From positions 251,844,001 to 251,908,000 of the forward strand of contig OZ024742.1 of assembly GCA_964016885.1 (NCBI GenBank): a stretch of DNA of 64,000 nucleotides. The letters are read 5' to 3'. The DNA comes from Eledone cirrhosa. Its lineage: Eukaryota. Numbering within the stretch: the stretch's first letter is position 1; every line of letters begins with the position of its first letter. A model generated the notes under the pieces. That model did no database searches, was not told the origin of the DNA, and saw nothing but the letters and a program-made list of their open reading frames with translations. The position numbers and the translations under genes are program-made. Shown here piece by piece: positions 62,672 through 64,000 of this stretch.

Positions 62672-63772
62672 CTCTGTTAAAACACATCCACTTCCAAATA
62701 TCAATTTCTTCAGCGCTATGAGCAAAATAACATACTCCCCTTTTAGTACATGTGTTATTTTTCATAAAATTGCATATGACAAAGTTCGCATAGGCAGGAA
62801 TCCTAGGAGGTAAAGAACTTATTATTTTTCCATTAGTTTCAGTGATAAATATTGATCCATGTAATAGAGTATGTTGACATTGGGAATGAGTTAACTTCTT
62901 TCCGCTATGGAAACAAACTAAACAGTACTTATTCAACCAATGAGGTATATTTTGTTTTAATGGCTTGCAATAATTCACAAATTCTTCCATAGAAATATTT
63001 TGGTCACGTAAAACCATCCAAGTATCTCTCTCAATGATATTATGGGCATTCTTGCAATTAGTATTTTCACAATTATGAATTTTGCACAATAAATAATCGG
63101 TTCGTATTAAAGGAGGTTTCCTAATGTAAGTACATCCCATCTCTGAAAAGTGTCGTAAAATTTTGGATTTTTCCCAAATATGATATTTGGAACTACAATA
63201 TAAAGTATCTTCAGAATTTTGACCACAAACCAAATTCATAGTTAAACAGTGTTGGCAGACAAAATCAAAAGTTACCCCATGTCTGGAAGTGACAAACTGA
63301 TAAGATATAAGCTTTCCTTTTGATTTTAAAGAATTTATTACAAACTTTTTATCTTTTTCCAAATTCCAAAGAAGTTTCTCTACATTATTGTGTGCATATG
63401 TACAGTTTGCTTGTCCCAGGGAACATGGTCTGTTGGTGCTGATGAGTGATGGACATAATTCATAATCAGAATCTATAATTTTCTTCCTATTTCTGACGAT
63501 CAGCCAGTTTGATGTTCCCACTTTCGCAAATGCCAGAATATTTCGTTTACAATTGTGAGATGAAACTGAATTAGTTTTTGAGATGCAATCTAAACAGAAA
63601 TATCTGTATTTATGGGAATCAACTAAAGGATGCATGTAATTTTGGGAAAATTCACTTTCATTAACTGGTTCTAATGCAGGATCAAATCCAAACTGAAAAG
63701 GAACAGATGTTGTATTTGGTAACAACCCAGGTATAAGTTTATTCTTTTCCTGCTCAAGCAAAGCACTAGTAC
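62672..63772 (-). CDS. HELZ2: HELZ2/HELZ-like helicase, internal exon A (multiple CCCH-type zinc fingers)
   Basis: Part of ORF 62622..63761, with CCCH-like motifs (LCPSLISTNRPCSLGQANCTYAH; LCKIHNCENTNCKNAH; ICNFMKNNTCTKRGVCYFAHSAEEIDIW). Acceptor ttgtattgcag|gt at 63772 and donor AGAG|gtatgt at 62672. 1101 nt, ending in phase 1, compatible with the next exon. HELZ2 versus HELZ assignment is by motif recognition only. Confidence 0.8.
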
Positions 63773-63940
63773 CTGCAATACAAAATCAGAAATACTACTA
63801 TATACAAACAGTATAGTTAGTATGAATTATATGACTTCACATTACAAAGGAATGAAAACCTAATATATCTATTACCTAAAACATAAAAGAAAATGGAATT
63901 GTAGCTAGTTTATAACTGATGAGTATGATATACACATGTG

Positions 63941-63972
<32 letters not shown>

Positions 63973-64000
63973 CATCATTCCATTTTACATCCGCTTTTCC

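Overview
AT-rich animal genomic DNA, most likely an octopod cephalopod (inferred from the SINE/RTE repertoire and abundant (TA)n and (CAT)n tracts). The whole window lies inside one minus-strand host gene, a HELZ2/HELZ-like CCCH zinc-finger SF1 (UPF1-like) RNA helicase. Seven GT-AG exons join in a single reading frame (62672-63772, 51900-52128, 48035-48365, 45992-46099, 34483-34958, 32164-32598, 1134-1325). The introns are packed with mobile DNA: an intact Penelope-like (Naiad-type) RT + GIY-YIG element, several RTE LINE families (one full-length intact copy with ~510-bp tandem 5' monomers), a decayed Helitron, pogo and Tc1 transposons, Tx1/R4/CR1-like relics and tRNA-derived SINEs. The standout is a ribozyme-based system. 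A 310-bp, highly self-complementary monomer carrying a type-I hammerhead ribozyme is repeated ~6.8 times in one orientation and then 6.0 times in the other (24241-28200), with copies that look identical by eye. This is a candidate non-autonomous retrozyme/circular-RNA element with a Penelope-style inversion. About a dozen further hammerheads sit in Penelope pseudo-LTRs and short fold-back inserts. All calls were made by eye, without database searches or folding software.
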